From the IMG/VR virus record IMGVR_UViG_2595698902_000001, positions 192,001 to 256,000 of that record: a stretch of 64,000 bases of DNA; one strand, 5' to 3'. Source of the stretch: a virus. Taxonomy: Duplodnaviria; Caudoviricetes. A program made the translations under genes and the position numbers. The notes beneath the pieces were generated by a model that worked only from the letters and a program-made list of their open reading frames with translations, did no database searches and was not told the DNA's origin. Shown piece after piece: positions 30,042 to 39,102 of this stretch (its first letter is position 1; each line of letters opens with the position of its first letter).

Positions 30042-31426
30042 AGATATTCCTCTTCATCGTCATCTTCGTCTTCGATATCGTCGATCAGAATGTGTGGAAT
30101 GAACCGCTCATTTTTCCACGACAAAGTAGGCGATTCAAATTCACGAATGCACAGCGTAGCGGCAGTGGATTCGCGCATGGTGACGTAGTTGGTCGAAACA
30201 TCCGGCACCATAAACATGCCGATGATGAAATTGTTGCGGCCCGGAACTTGGAACGGCGGCGCGTACATTTGATAAACTACGTCGTCACCATCGTATGCGC
30301 CATCGGTCGAATAATTATGCGAACCGTCAGCATTGAAAATGGTGATGTTGTTCGACATGCGTCCGATTTTTGGCTTGCTTACGAATTTCTCGCCAACTTG
30401 CAGGAAGCGCTGGTTGTTGAGGTAGGTCGGCAGCACCGGAACGTTTTCATAACGAAGCCGGAAATCTTCGTCGGTTTCGATCAGGTGGGTGATGAATGCC
30501 CAAATGCCTTTGTTCGACGCAAACCAGCGCCATGCAGGCTCAAGGAAGGTAACGTGTTGGCCCCAGTTCGTCCATTCCTTGAATGCGTGCGGCGCAACTT
30601 TCACCATCGATTCAATCATTTCTTCCCACGGCAGCAGGGCGAAAATAACCGACGCCGGGGTATCGCCAATCACAAACGGATTGGAGCGGTTGGTGAAGTC
30701 GTAATCCATTTCGGTAATGTCGGCGAACATACATTCGTTTTCTTCACCGAGAATTTGCTGGATAACTTCACTGGTCGCCACGTCTTCAAACGTGTTGTGG
30801 TCACAGATTACGGCGGCGGTGCCGGGGATAGCGCCCATGTTGCGGATCAGTTCTTGTAGCGTCGGATAGAAACTATTCAACTGCAAGAAATTGTCGCCGG
30901 TCAGCGTTTCGCAAATCATGTTTTGCTGCGAAACAGCTTCAAACAGCATGGTCGGCGTATCGCCGTTGAATTCGTAGATGCCTTCGACTTGATTGGTGTC
31001 AGGATTCAGCGTGGCGTCGAAGCGGCCATAAATTGCTTGGCGGGCACTTCCAACATCGCGGTAAGTGAAGCGGGCATAGTCGAGGAAATACGGGTGGCGG
31101 CGCAGGAAAGCGCAACCCATATATTTCATGACTTCTGCATCAGGAAGCGCGAACAATTTGCCGACAGCTTCGACCAGCATTGCGTAAGCATTCTCGAATG
31201 TGGTTTCGATTTCTGCACACGCGGAAAGCGGCAGTTCGTAGACCGGCATATTGCGCGAATTTTTGAGGGTAAAATCGAAATAATCATGCACGTCTTTGTA
31301 GAACGCTGCGTCGCACGCGGCTTGGCTTTGGCCGGGAGCTTGGCGGTAGAAGGCCTGCGTATACGGCAGTTCTTCGTTCATCATTTTGTTCAGATCGAAA
31401 TTGATATCGTAGTGCGTGCAGTGCAT
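30038..31426 (-). CDS. Glutathionylspermidine synthase-family ATP-grasp ligase (YgiC/YjfC-like)
   Basis: YGRFD, YEFNGDTPTxLxEA, EPxWxxxxSNK, KPxxGR, IRE...RFIPH motifs. Confidence 0.92.
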   Translation of the reverse strand: MHCTHYDINFDLNKMMNEELPYTQAFYRQAPGQSQAACDAAFYKDVHDYFDFTLKNSRNMPVYELPLSACAEIETTFENAYAMLVEAVGKLFALPDAEVMKYMGCAFLRRHPYFLDYARFTYRDVGSARQAIYGRFDATLNPDTNQVEGIYEFNGDTPTMLFEAVSQQNMICETLTGDNFLQLNSFYPTLQELIRNMGAIPGTAAVICDHNTFEDVATSEVIQQILGEENECMFADITEMDYDFTNRSNPFVIGDTPASVIFALLPWEEMIESMVKVAPHAFKEWTNWGQHVTFLEPAWRWFASNKGIWAFITHLIETDEDFRLRYENVPVLPTYLNNQRFLQVGEKFVSKPKIGRMSNNITIFNADGSHNYSTDGAYDGDDVVYQMYAPPFQVPGRNNFIIGMFMVPDVSTNYVTMRESTAATLCIREFESPTLSWKNERFIPHILIDDIEDEDDDEEEYL

Positions 31427-31455
31427 AAATCACTAATCCTTAGAGAAAGAGAATG

Positions 31456-31478
31456 AGCGGCCCGTTCTCTGAGCCGCT
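31456..31478 (-). terminator. Hairpin between lipoprotein and ligase genes
   Basis: AGCGGCTC-AGAGAAC-GGGCCGCT followed by a pyrimidine-rich run. Confidence 0.45.
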
Positions 31479-31497
31479 TTTGTAGCTTTGATTTTAA

Positions 31498-32169
31498 TCA
31501 GCTCGACGAACCGCCATGCGCCGAACTACGGCCACCGCCACCGGATGCAAATATCGCTTTTGCACGCGATTGCGTAGCACTTTGTACCGAGGCCGGGGCA
31601 CTGGAAGGCGAAGCGCGCCATTGCGAAACACGGGAATTCAGGTTTTGTCGGTAGTTCGGCGCAGCGCGGACAGCTGCGCGATTTTGGTTCATCATCGCAG
31701 CCGCATAACCTGCGGTGTTGCTGTTACGGCAACGGCGGCGTTCGTCGCGATTATCACACTGCGTTGTTTGCAGCGGTTGGTGCTGTTGCTGGTATTGCTG
31801 TACGCCCCCGGAACTGGTCATTGCTTTTGCCAGCAGATAACCGCCCAGCGCACCAGCACCAGCAGAGGCAACCATCGGCCACACGGAATCACTGCTTTGT
31901 CCGTTCGCTTCTTCGCGGACAACGTGCATTTGCTTTTTGCCGTTTTCATCCAAGGTAAAGTAAACGTCTTTTACCGTTGGGTCTTGCGCTTGCAATTCCT
32001 TCAACGCGGCTTGACGATCTTTTTCATCATCGGCCAATTGCTGGCGGGTCTGCGCGCCCGCTTGTTCATCGACGTAAGCCTGCTCTTCGTCTGGATATGC
32101 AGCATCACCGCTGTCACAACCTGCGAGCAAGGCCAAAGCCGACGCCAAAACGACTACCTTTTTACTCAC
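31498..32169 (-). CDS. YgiB/DUF1190-like lipoprotein
   Basis: Lipobox LAGC, GALGGYLL segment, Gly/Ser tail GGGGRSSAHGGSSS; directly upstream of the YgiC-like gene. Confidence 0.7.
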   Translation of the reverse strand: MSKKVVVLASALALLAGCDSGDAAYPDEEQAYVDEQAGAQTRQQLADDEKDRQAALKELQAQDPTVKDVYFTLDENGKKQMHVVREEANGQSSDSVWPMVASAGAGALGGYLLAKAMTSSGGVQQYQQQHQPLQTTQCDNRDERRRCRNSNTAGYAAAMMNQNRAAVRAAPNYRQNLNSRVSQWRASPSSAPASVQSATQSRAKAIFASGGGGRSSAHGGSSS

Positions 32170-32522
32170 ACTTTTTTCCTCTTTAGCTTAGTGAATGCTA
32201 ACGCGGCGAAGTGTTCCGCGCTAACGTGGTTTTTGATGAATTCGTAACCCTTTTCGTCCACGTACATTATCGTGTCCACGCAAGGGTAAAGCGAAGTTTC
32301 CAAACGCTTGCGCTTGTACTCCATAGACGAAACGTGCATCGACGTAGGCATACCGTTGGCGTCTTCAAGCAAGATAAAACGCGCTTTCTCGCAAGGGTCA
32401 GGTTTGATCAGGCAGCAAACGTAGTCGAAGCCGCTCAGGGCAATATGCTTGCCCAGCGCTGCGCGGCGAACCACCTCAGACTGCGGAACGAAATGCACAT
32501 GACCGTTATCCGTTTTCTTCAC
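32166..32522 (-). CDS. Hypothetical protein
   Basis: 118-aa ORF directly after motif copy 4. Confidence 0.6.
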   Translation of the reverse strand: MKKTDNGHVHFVPQSEVVRRAALGKHIALSGFDYVCCLIKPDPCEKARFILLEDANGMPTSMHVSSMEYKRKRLETSLYPCVDTIMYVDEKGYEFIKNHVSAEHFAALAFTKLKRKKV

Positions 32523-32532
32523 GTCTATATCC

Positions 32533-32543
32533 TATTTACAGTT
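32533..32543 (-). promoter_or_regulatory. AACTGTAAATA motif copy 4
   Basis: Exact 11-mer overlapping the stop of 32542-33378. Confidence 0.6.
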
Positions 32544-33378
32544 ACACCGTGTTGAGTTCTTTGCAGTCTTCGTCAGACACCAGTTCTTTGAAGCGGATAG
32601 CGTAATAGATATCCTCTTTGCGGTCATTGCCTACAATCCGGTTCATTCGCTTATCCGGCGCGCAGTAACGAATCTCCGAACGAACGCGTCTGATGCTGGT
32701 CAGGCCGTAGCGGAAAAGGAACGAGAAATAATCACAAGGTTCCAATCGCGTGTACAGCACGTTGTCTTCGATAAACGAACCGCTGTGTGCGTTGTTGAAC
32801 AGTTCGTGATCCTGCATGTGCGCCATGATTTCTTCGGCGTTTTTTACGTTGAACGATTGGTAGCACTCTTCCAACCACACGCGCATATCGGCGAAGCCTT
32901 TGTGCAGGCTAATTTCCAGCAATTTTTCATTGCGGAAACGGAACGTGTAACGGAAATATTCGCGGTCGTAGGCCCAGCGTAGTTTGATACCTTTTTCTGC
33001 CGCCAGCACTTTGAACAATGCCGCCGTTTCGCTAAGCAGTGCCAGCCGCCGCTCAATGGCCTCGATCAATTCGTCCACGTACTTTTGCAAGCCTTCACCT
33101 TCTGGCAAGAATTTACCAGTTGGATCGACTTCAATTTCATGGCTGGTAAAGCGCACATTTGCCCAGCCGGGTGGCGTGCCTTCGTAAGTGTCGCGGTCGT
33201 GCTTCGGCGCGTATTCGATTTTGGTTACGCGAACATCCAGCGGTGTAAACGGGCGCGAGAAAGTAAACTCGACGTTGCTAATGGATCGGCTTTTGTCGAT
33301 CTTGAAACCGTGTTTGACTAGCAGGTCGGAAAGAATCTGAATTCCTTCCGGGCTAAGCCGCACAAATTTCTGACTCAT
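32542..33378 (-). CDS. Hypothetical protein, paralog family P
   Basis: C-terminal PCDYFSFLFRYGLTSI...APD module. Confidence 0.7.
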   Translation of the reverse strand: MSQKFVRLSPEGIQILSDLLVKHGFKIDKSRSISNVEFTFSRPFTPLDVRVTKIEYAPKHDRDTYEGTPPGWANVRFTSHEIEVDPTGKFLPEGEGLQKYVDELIEAIERRLALLSETAALFKVLAAEKGIKLRWAYDREYFRYTFRFRNEKLLEISLHKGFADMRVWLEECYQSFNVKNAEEIMAHMQDHELFNNAHSGSFIEDNVLYTRLEPCDYFSFLFRYGLTSIRRVRSEIRYCAPDKRMNRIVGNDRKEDIYYAIRFKELVSDEDCKELNTV

Positions 33379-34181
33379 TTCAATTCTCCTTCAAGAATCC
33401 TGCGATCTGCGTCCGAAACTTTGGAACGCAAGTTGATCATTGTATAGGTAAAACTACGCTGTTCATCTTGCAGCAATTTATTCAGATACGAATCATCGGA
33501 GGTCATGTTGGCCTTGCCTTCGATTTCCCGCATAGAGCGCACGCCATACTTGAACATAAACGGGATAAAATTCTGCCAGCCGCCGGTGGAAAGAATACGG
33601 GATTCGTAAACGCGAACCGTCCGAACATCGTTATCGAAATTCAGGGCGCGCAGAGTGTCCAGCGCCTGCTCATGTGTCATGCAAAGATCGGAAACTTCGC
33701 CGCCCGGTGTAAATACCGTGAACTTAACGCCCGACGTAAAGTCACGCTTTAGTTTTACGTTCATCAGCAATTTGCCTTGCAGCTGGAAAGTCCAGCAGGC
33801 CGACAAATGGTTGTAAAACAATTTGGTGCGGATGCCAAGATTGGCGCTAGCTGCTCTGAGGTTCTCGCAAAACTCTTCGGCGCGACTTACGATGTTTTCT
33901 GCGTGGTAAACCCGTTCGTCAATGTACGAAATGATTTCAGCAAGCGTCGGCTGTTGCACGGTCATGCCGCGATAGGCGATGTACTTACTGCCAATGGCAA
34001 ACCCGTTAATGGCGGTGTTGCTTTTAGGCCCAACGAATTGCAGGCGAACGGACAGCGGCAAGCGCTTGTGCCCGTAGTCAGAGAATGAGGCCCAGTTAGA
34101 AATAGAAAAGTTTTTCGATTTCAGGTAGGCCTTGAGGCGTTTGGTTTCGTCAGTGGTCAAAGGCGCGAAGATCATTTGCAC
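33375..34181 (-). CDS. Hypothetical protein, paralog family P
   Basis: C-terminal FIPFMFKYGVRSM module; similar layout to 32542-33378. Confidence 0.7.
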   Translation of the reverse strand: MQMIFAPLTTDETKRLKAYLKSKNFSISNWASFSDYGHKRLPLSVRLQFVGPKSNTAINGFAIGSKYIAYRGMTVQQPTLAEIISYIDERVYHAENIVSRAEEFCENLRAASANLGIRTKLFYNHLSACWTFQLQGKLLMNVKLKRDFTSGVKFTVFTPGGEVSDLCMTHEQALDTLRALNFDNDVRTVRVYESRILSTGGWQNFIPFMFKYGVRSMREIEGKANMTSDDSYLNKLLQDEQRSFTYTMINLRSKVSDADRRILEGELK

Positions 34182-34834
34182 ATATCCGCGTAGGTGACGA
34201 CGGCAGCGTTCTTACCGTTGTCGGTGAAAATTGAGTAAGATTTTGCGGGCGCCAGCGGGTAGCGGCCCGGCTCACCGTCGCTGATATTCAGCTTCTGGTG
34301 CGTACCGTCCGCGTTATGCGCAAGAATCGAAGAGGCACTGCTAGGCATTTCGATAAAGGTTTTTTCTTCGACAGTTCGCATGTCGTAGAATTTCCAATTG
34401 AACACGATGTAGTAGCGATACGAATAATCGCGAGTGCCTTTCATCGTGCGGTCGCCTACCTTGAAAACACAGGTAGCCGTGTGCGAGCCGTATTTGTCCC
34501 ACGCTTGCACGTATTGATCGCGATTATTCCACGCGATAGCCGCAAGGATGGTCAGCACGCCAGCAATGGCCGACAGCCAACCCACAACCTTCAAGGTTTT
34601 AACCAACCAACGAGGCGCCTGCATTTCCTTATCGGATTCAACCTGCTTTTTCTTCGTCCGGCGAATTTTCCCCAGCATCGATTCCTTGGCCGCTTTGGAT
34701 TCGGCATCACGTTGGAGAATTTCCGCTTCTTTTTCAGCGGCGGCGCGAGCATCCGCGTCCAACTGTTGGGCGATTTGTTCGCCAAGGCTTACTTCGCAGA
34801 TTTCCGGGGCTTGGGATTCGTTAGCGTGTTGCAT
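34172..34834 (-). CDS. Single-TM membrane protein
   Basis: VVGWLSAIAGVLTILAAIAW TM segment. Confidence 0.7.
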   Translation of the reverse strand: MQHANESQAPEICEVSLGEQIAQQLDADARAAAEKEAEILQRDAESKAAKESMLGKIRRTKKKQVESDKEMQAPRWLVKTLKVVGWLSAIAGVLTILAAIAWNNRDQYVQAWDKYGSHTATCVFKVGDRTMKGTRDYSYRYYIVFNWKFYDMRTVEEKTFIEMPSSASSILAHNADGTHQKLNISDGEPGRYPLAPAKSYSIFTDNGKNAAVVTYADMCK

Positions 34835-34865
34835 TGTGATTCCTTATCTAGCTTTCGTGGTTGGA

Positions 34866-35390
34866 TCAGAGGTATTTGTTAGCAAAGAACTCGATTCGAT
34901 CTTTGTGCATCAGGAGCAAAAACGTGTTGTGTGTCCAAACCAAATCCGTGCCCATGAATACTTGGGTATCATCGCACACGAATTGACAACGGCTTTGTGC
35001 GCGCACGTCCTCGGCCTTTTCCCATTCCATGACCATTTTTACGCGGGTTAAATTTACCATGACGTTTGCATACGCCACCTGATAAACGTTGGCCTCGCCT
35101 CGGGGAATGTAGTTGTAGAGGATCGCCCTACTGGTGCCCTCTACCCAAAACAAATTCGCGGGCCTTTCCAGAAAATGCTTTTGTGGAAGCCAGCCCTGTT
35201 TTTCAATCACGATTCGCTTGCGTAGCTTAGCCACATATTCCCGCAAACCGGTGTCACGACCGTAGGCAGCGCCTTCGGCTAATTGCTTGAGCACCATGTA
35301 AGCATTTCGCATGGCATTCCGTTTTTCCGCAAGGGCATCACGCGTCTGCTTCGACAGCTTGACCTTGGGCGACTCGGAAGTATTTTGCAT
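34866..35390 (-). CDS. Hypothetical protein
   Basis: 174-aa ORF with AAGGA RBS. Confidence 0.65.
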   Translation of the reverse strand: MQNTSESPKVKLSKQTRDALAEKRNAMRNAYMVLKQLAEGAAYGRDTGLREYVAKLRKRIVIEKQGWLPQKHFLERPANLFWVEGTSRAILYNYIPRGEANVYQVAYANVMVNLTRVKMVMEWEKAEDVRAQSRCQFVCDDTQVFMGTDLVWTHNTFLLLMHKDRIEFFANKYL

Positions 35391-35407
35391 CGGACTTTTC
35401 CTTGTAC

Positions 35408-35797
35408 CTAAACCTTACGACCTAGCGTCGTTGGGTCAGTTTCATCAGTCACGTATTGATAGCCGCCTTTGTTATACAAAGGCGCTACCCGTTTTTTCTT
35501 TTTCTCGATTTCTACTTGTGCTGCGGCTTCGCGTTCTTGCCAGCCATCATACTGCAAAATTTCGTCACGGGAAATCTTGTTGTCGGAGGCCCGTGCTGGC
35601 GCCTCAGTAATCAACTTAACATCCAGATGCTTTGCGTTTTTGCTCACGTCTAAAGTGCTAGACGCTTTCGCCTTTCTTTTCTCTTTGGGCAGAGAACCAT
35701 CCGGGTTCCGGCCAAGCTGTTTTGCAAGCTTAGCCTTCTCCGCTGCTTCTTTCTGCTCACGCTGCTTTCGTTGTTGTAACTGCTTGCGTGTAAGCAC
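35408..35797 (-). CDS. Basic phage protein with APxYNKGxYQ motif
   Basis: VAPLYNKGGYQYV C-terminal motif seen in many myophage hypotheticals. Confidence 0.7.
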   Translation of the reverse strand: MLTRKQLQQRKQREQKEAAEKAKLAKQLGRNPDGSLPKEKRKAKASSTLDVSKNAKHLDVKLITEAPARASDNKISRDEILQYDGWQEREAAAQVEIEKKKKRVAPLYNKGGYQYVTDETDPTTLGRKV

Positions 35798-35807
35798 GGC
35801 AAAATCC

Positions 35808-36122
35808 TTATTCGGATTGTTGGATCAGTTGGCGTTCCTCGGTGGAAAGCTTTTCAGCGATTTCTTCCAGCGGATGCGCGCCAGTTTCTTCGGCTTCGAT
35901 GTGGTCGGCCATACGTAGCAGGATTTCGTCTTTCAGGCCCCGGCTGCCGTACTCGACGCCGCCGATGGTTTGTGTGTGCTGGCAGGAAATAAACATGCTC
36001 TGCACAACGCCCACGCCAGCGGCTTTGATCGGCCACGGGAATTGCACTTGATCAAGATCGACCGCGTGCCCGAAAATCATTGGTACTTCTTTGCCATCGA
36101 TTTCAACAACTACGTATTTCAT
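35808..36122 (-). CDS. Hypothetical protein, paralog of 28582-28890
   Basis: MKYVV..PMIF..AAG..SRG..D. Confidence 0.65.
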   Translation of the reverse strand: MKYVVVEIDGKEVPMIFGHAVDLDQVQFPWPIKAAGVGVVQSMFISCQHTQTIGGVEYGSRGLKDEILLRMADHIEAEETGAHPLEEIAEKLSTEERQLIQQSE

Positions 36123-36361
36123 CAGTGCTTGCTCCCCGAGACTACATGCTCGAACATGTCCACGATTTCATCGTAGGAAATTTGAACTTCGTTGCGCTCA
36201 ATGGTGAACGCGGTTTCTGTTGCGGTTGCCACGATTTCAAACGAACCGGACAGCTCACGCGGCACAGCAACTACGTAGTAATCGCCGTGCTTCTGAATGT
36301 CGGTTGCCCTTACGCCCGCAAAGTCGGACATGGAATGTGAAGCGTATATACGAGTGACCAT
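36122..36361 (-). CDS. Hypothetical protein
   Basis: Start reassigned to MVTRIY after GGAG. Confidence 0.55.
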   Translation of the reverse strand: MVTRIYASHSMSDFAGVRATDIQKHGDYYVVAVPRELSGSFEIVATATETAFTIERNEVQISYDEIVDMFEHVVSGSKH

Positions 36362-36476
36362 TTCAATTTCTCCAAAGACATAATTTTCCCTCGACTCCCT
36401 TAAAGGCGGTCCCAAAGACTGAACAGCCTATCCATTTCGCCAGCTGGCGTTGCCATTTTTCTTGTCGGTGTTGCTG

Positions 36477-36680
36477 TTACAGCTCCCGCTCCCACGTTGC
36501 TTTTAGGCGAGTGGACTGGGGGAATGCGATTAGCAGTCTCCGGCTTTGTTCCGATGTGAATTGCCGGGCGCGTAACCTGCTTTTGCATAAATAAGCTCGT
36601 TTTAAATCAAAGTTGTAGATATAGTCGCCCGTAGACAACCTCACTACATATTTACAGTTTTCATCGACTGGCGTAGCCAT
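36477..36680 (-). CDS. Small hypothetical protein
   Basis: 67 aa with AAGG RBS. Confidence 0.45.
   Translation of the reverse strand: MATPVDENCKYVVRLSTGDYIYNFDLKRAYLCKSRLRARQFTSEQSRRLLIAFPQSTRLKATWEREL
36649..36659 (-). promoter_or_regulatory. AACTGTAAATA motif copy 5
   Basis: Exact 11-mer 27 bp after the stop of the HD gene. Confidence 0.5.
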
Positions 36681-36685
36681 GACCT

Positions 36686-37351
36686 TTACTCCCGTGCAAG
36701 CGTCTCCATGACGGCAATACGGGCGTCCAGCGTGGCGTTCCAGATAAAGCGTCCGGCATCAGTGAACAACTCGCTGCTTTCCATGAATGCAATTTGCGAT
36801 TTGAGCAGGGACCGAGGGTCAAGGCCCAGCTCAGCGCAAAGATTATTCATGACATATTCTGTGCCGCGTGGTTCCAGCGATTCCATAATGTCGGCATCGC
36901 GCAGCGCCATTTGCACAATGTCTACTGGTGGCACAGGGAAGCGGCCTTCGTGGAATTCCGTGCAGCGAATGCACGACTCAATGTAGGCAATTGCGTCCGG
37001 TTTGAAATACGCTTTCACGCAGTCAGCGGCACGCAAACCTGCAATGGCAATTTCAATGTTATGCGAATCGGGCGGCATACCGGTGTGGCCGAAATCATGG
37101 AACATCGCAGCCACCAACAAATGCGCATAATCGGTACGCAAACGCCAGCCAGTTGCCGACAGCAATTCATAGCCGCGCAACGCCACGCGCAGGCAGTGAT
37201 CGGTGTTGTGGTACGGCTGGTTTGTGTCGAAGTGCGGTTGCCGAACGTAGTCATAAATTTCGTTCAAGCGGTAGCGGTCGATGATCGCGCCCAGCATTGC
37301 CGTGCGGTAATCGGTGGCGAGATTCAGCTGCACATTTGGATCGATATTCAT
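36686..37351 (-). CDS. HD-domain phosphohydrolase, class I PDE-like motif set
   Basis: PYHNTDH...AAMFHDFGHTG...DADI; start reassigned to MNIDPN. Confidence 0.85.
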   Translation of the reverse strand: MNIDPNVQLNLATDYRTAMLGAIIDRYRLNEIYDYVRQPHFDTNQPYHNTDHCLRVALRGYELLSATGWRLRTDYAHLLVAAMFHDFGHTGMPPDSHNIEIAIAGLRAADCVKAYFKPDAIAYIESCIRCTEFHEGRFPVPPVDIVQMALRDADIMESLEPRGTEYVMNNLCAELGLDPRSLLKSQIAFMESSELFTDAGRFIWNATLDARIAVMETLARE

Positions 37352-37352
37352 T

Positions 37353-37547
37353 TCACTTCCTCTGTTTTCTGATGACGGTGACGTTAAAGCGAAAACGAAT
37401 TTCTTCGATGTACGAATTAAACAGCCCAATAGCTGCGCCACCTGCAATCAGAATGGCGCCAGCCGCATAGCCGCCGTTGAACGCACAGAACAGACCTGCA
37501 ACCAACAGCATGAGGGTTATCAGGTTCCAGAAAGTTTCCCGTGTCAT
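37353..37547 (-). CDS. Small two-TM membrane protein
   Basis: MTRETFWNLITLMLLVAGLF...AGAILIAGGAAIGLF. Confidence 0.6.
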   Translation of the reverse strand: MTRETFWNLITLMLLVAGLFCAFNGGYAAGAILIAGGAAIGLFNSYIEEIRFRFNVTVIRKQRK

Positions 37548-38071
37548 TTGTCGTGCTTTTCCTTGTAGGCCGCAATGTCGGCGTTGAATTTCTTTTTCCA
37601 ATCGCGCACAACCTGCGAGCGGCACGGAACCTCACGCACGATTTTCAGTTGCGGGCCAACCATACGGCGCAGACGACGAATAACCGAGTTAATGTCGCAC
37701 GACCATTCGTAGTATTTGCCTTTCACGCGGCCTTGCAACGCTTCGTCTTCGACCTCAAGGCAGTATTTATATTCGACTACAAACGCTTTGCCTTTTTGCC
37801 GTTCGTTCCACACGTAGTCTTCGGCAGTTTCGTTGTGATGAACAGCAGTACCGACACAAGGCGAACTGTAGCAGGTGCGCCCACGGTAATACTCGCGCAT
37901 ATCCGTTTCCAGAATACGCAGCGTTGATTTAGCACCACGGAACAGCTTGCGGTACTTCGGCATAATCTGAATGTGGTTGCGTTTCCACTTGCGCATGATC
38001 CAGCCGCCACCGTAGACCGGGCAGTTTGGATATTCGTCAGAAAACTCACAAATCTTTTCAATCGCAGCCAC
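37544..38071 (-). CDS. Hypothetical protein
   Basis: 175-aa ORF with AAGGA RBS. Confidence 0.65.
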   Translation of the reverse strand: MAAIEKICEFSDEYPNCPVYGGGWIMRKWKRNHIQIMPKYRKLFRGAKSTLRILETDMREYYRGRTCYSSPCVGTAVHHNETAEDYVWNERQKGKAFVVEYKYCLEVEDEALQGRVKGKYYEWSCDINSVIRRLRRMVGPQLKIVREVPCRSQVVRDWKKKFNADIAAYKEKHDK

Positions 38072-38127
38072 AATCGTTTCCTTTTTCTTCTACGTCTTCG
38101 TCTCTACGGTTTGCCATGGGGCCTAGT

Positions 38128-39102
38128 TTAGCGGGCTTCTTTTTTGGATTGTTCATACTCAGCCCCAACCGTTTCCAGATAAAGCGCCAGACGTTTTGCA
38201 TCGCACGGGCCTTGGCGTTTCGCCTGCTTCACCACACGCCGCACAGCCGCTTCGTGTTTGTGCTTTTTGCGTTCCTTTTCGTACAGCGCCGGAACGTCTT
38301 TGTAGAACAGCCGGTCGATGCGTGTAGGGAAGTGCGAGTAGGAATCCCACAAAACCGTTTTGCCAATGCCCGGTTCGATTTCCATTTCCACTACAGGCGG
38401 TGGATTACCGAGATATTTATGAAAACGTTCCAGCGCATCTGCGGTAATGTCCGCTTCCAGCCCAGCCAACGGGTCCGGGTCTTCCAAGCAAATATGCGCA
38501 ATATCTTTGCCTTCGCGCTTCAAACGTTCCAGCACTTGCTTGTAGAAATAACCAGAGAAACGCGCAGGTGTGCCGAACACCGGAATGACGCCAACCGGAA
38601 ACCCACCAGTCAGCATACGATTATTCTCGATGATTTCGCTTACCAGTTTATCGGCACCACAGGTTAAAATGGGCATACGCGGTTTATTCGCTGCATTTTC
38701 TGCCAGCTTTGCCATTACATTCGACGCGCCGTGGCTGGTGTCCGCCATTTTCACAACCAACCCACCAGCACGGACAGCCTGTTCGGCACGGGCACCGTAA
38801 CGCATACCGAAAAGCGCACTGCGCATTTCACGACGTTCTGCTTCGGCACCTTCAAAAAACTTTGCAGCATTTTCTTCGTGCATCAGGAACTCCGACAGGA
38901 ACGTTTGGATTGGGGAATTTTTGGTTTGCTTCGGGATTTGATCGACGGAAAACGGCGACATTTTCCAGCGACCATGTGCGCGGTTCTGGTAGTCTACAGC
39001 GGTGTTGTGGAACGCGCTGTGATCCTCGGGGCCACACACGAACAGGTCACGCACGCGGCGCCAGCCAAGACTATCAACGAGTTTTTGGATCGATGGAGAC
39101 AC
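38128..39102 (-). CDS. Hypothetical protein with degenerate RecA/KaiC-like domain
   Basis: MLTGGFPVGVIPVFGTP...GKDIAHICLE...VLWDS; Walker A GKT absent. Confidence 0.5.
   Translation of the reverse strand: MSPSIQKLVDSLGWRRVRDLFVCGPEDHSAFHNTAVDYQNRAHGRWKMSPFSVDQIPKQTKNSPIQTFLSEFLMHEENAAKFFEGAEAERREMRSALFGMRYGARAEQAVRAGGLVVKMADTSHGASNVMAKLAENAANKPRMPILTCGADKLVSEIIENNRMLTGGFPVGVIPVFGTPARFSGYFYKQVLERLKREGKDIAHICLEDPDPLAGLEADITADALERFHKYLGNPPPVVEMEIEPGIGKTVLWDSYSHFPTRIDRLFYKDVPALYEKERKKHKHEAAVRRVVKQAKRQGPCDAKRLALYLETVGAEYEQSKKEAR

Noticed and set aside
36400-36588. Second short ORF ending MATPAGEMDRL, echoing the MATPVDE start of 36477-36680
   Set aside because: Four-residue match only, with no clear RBS or extended DNA repeat.
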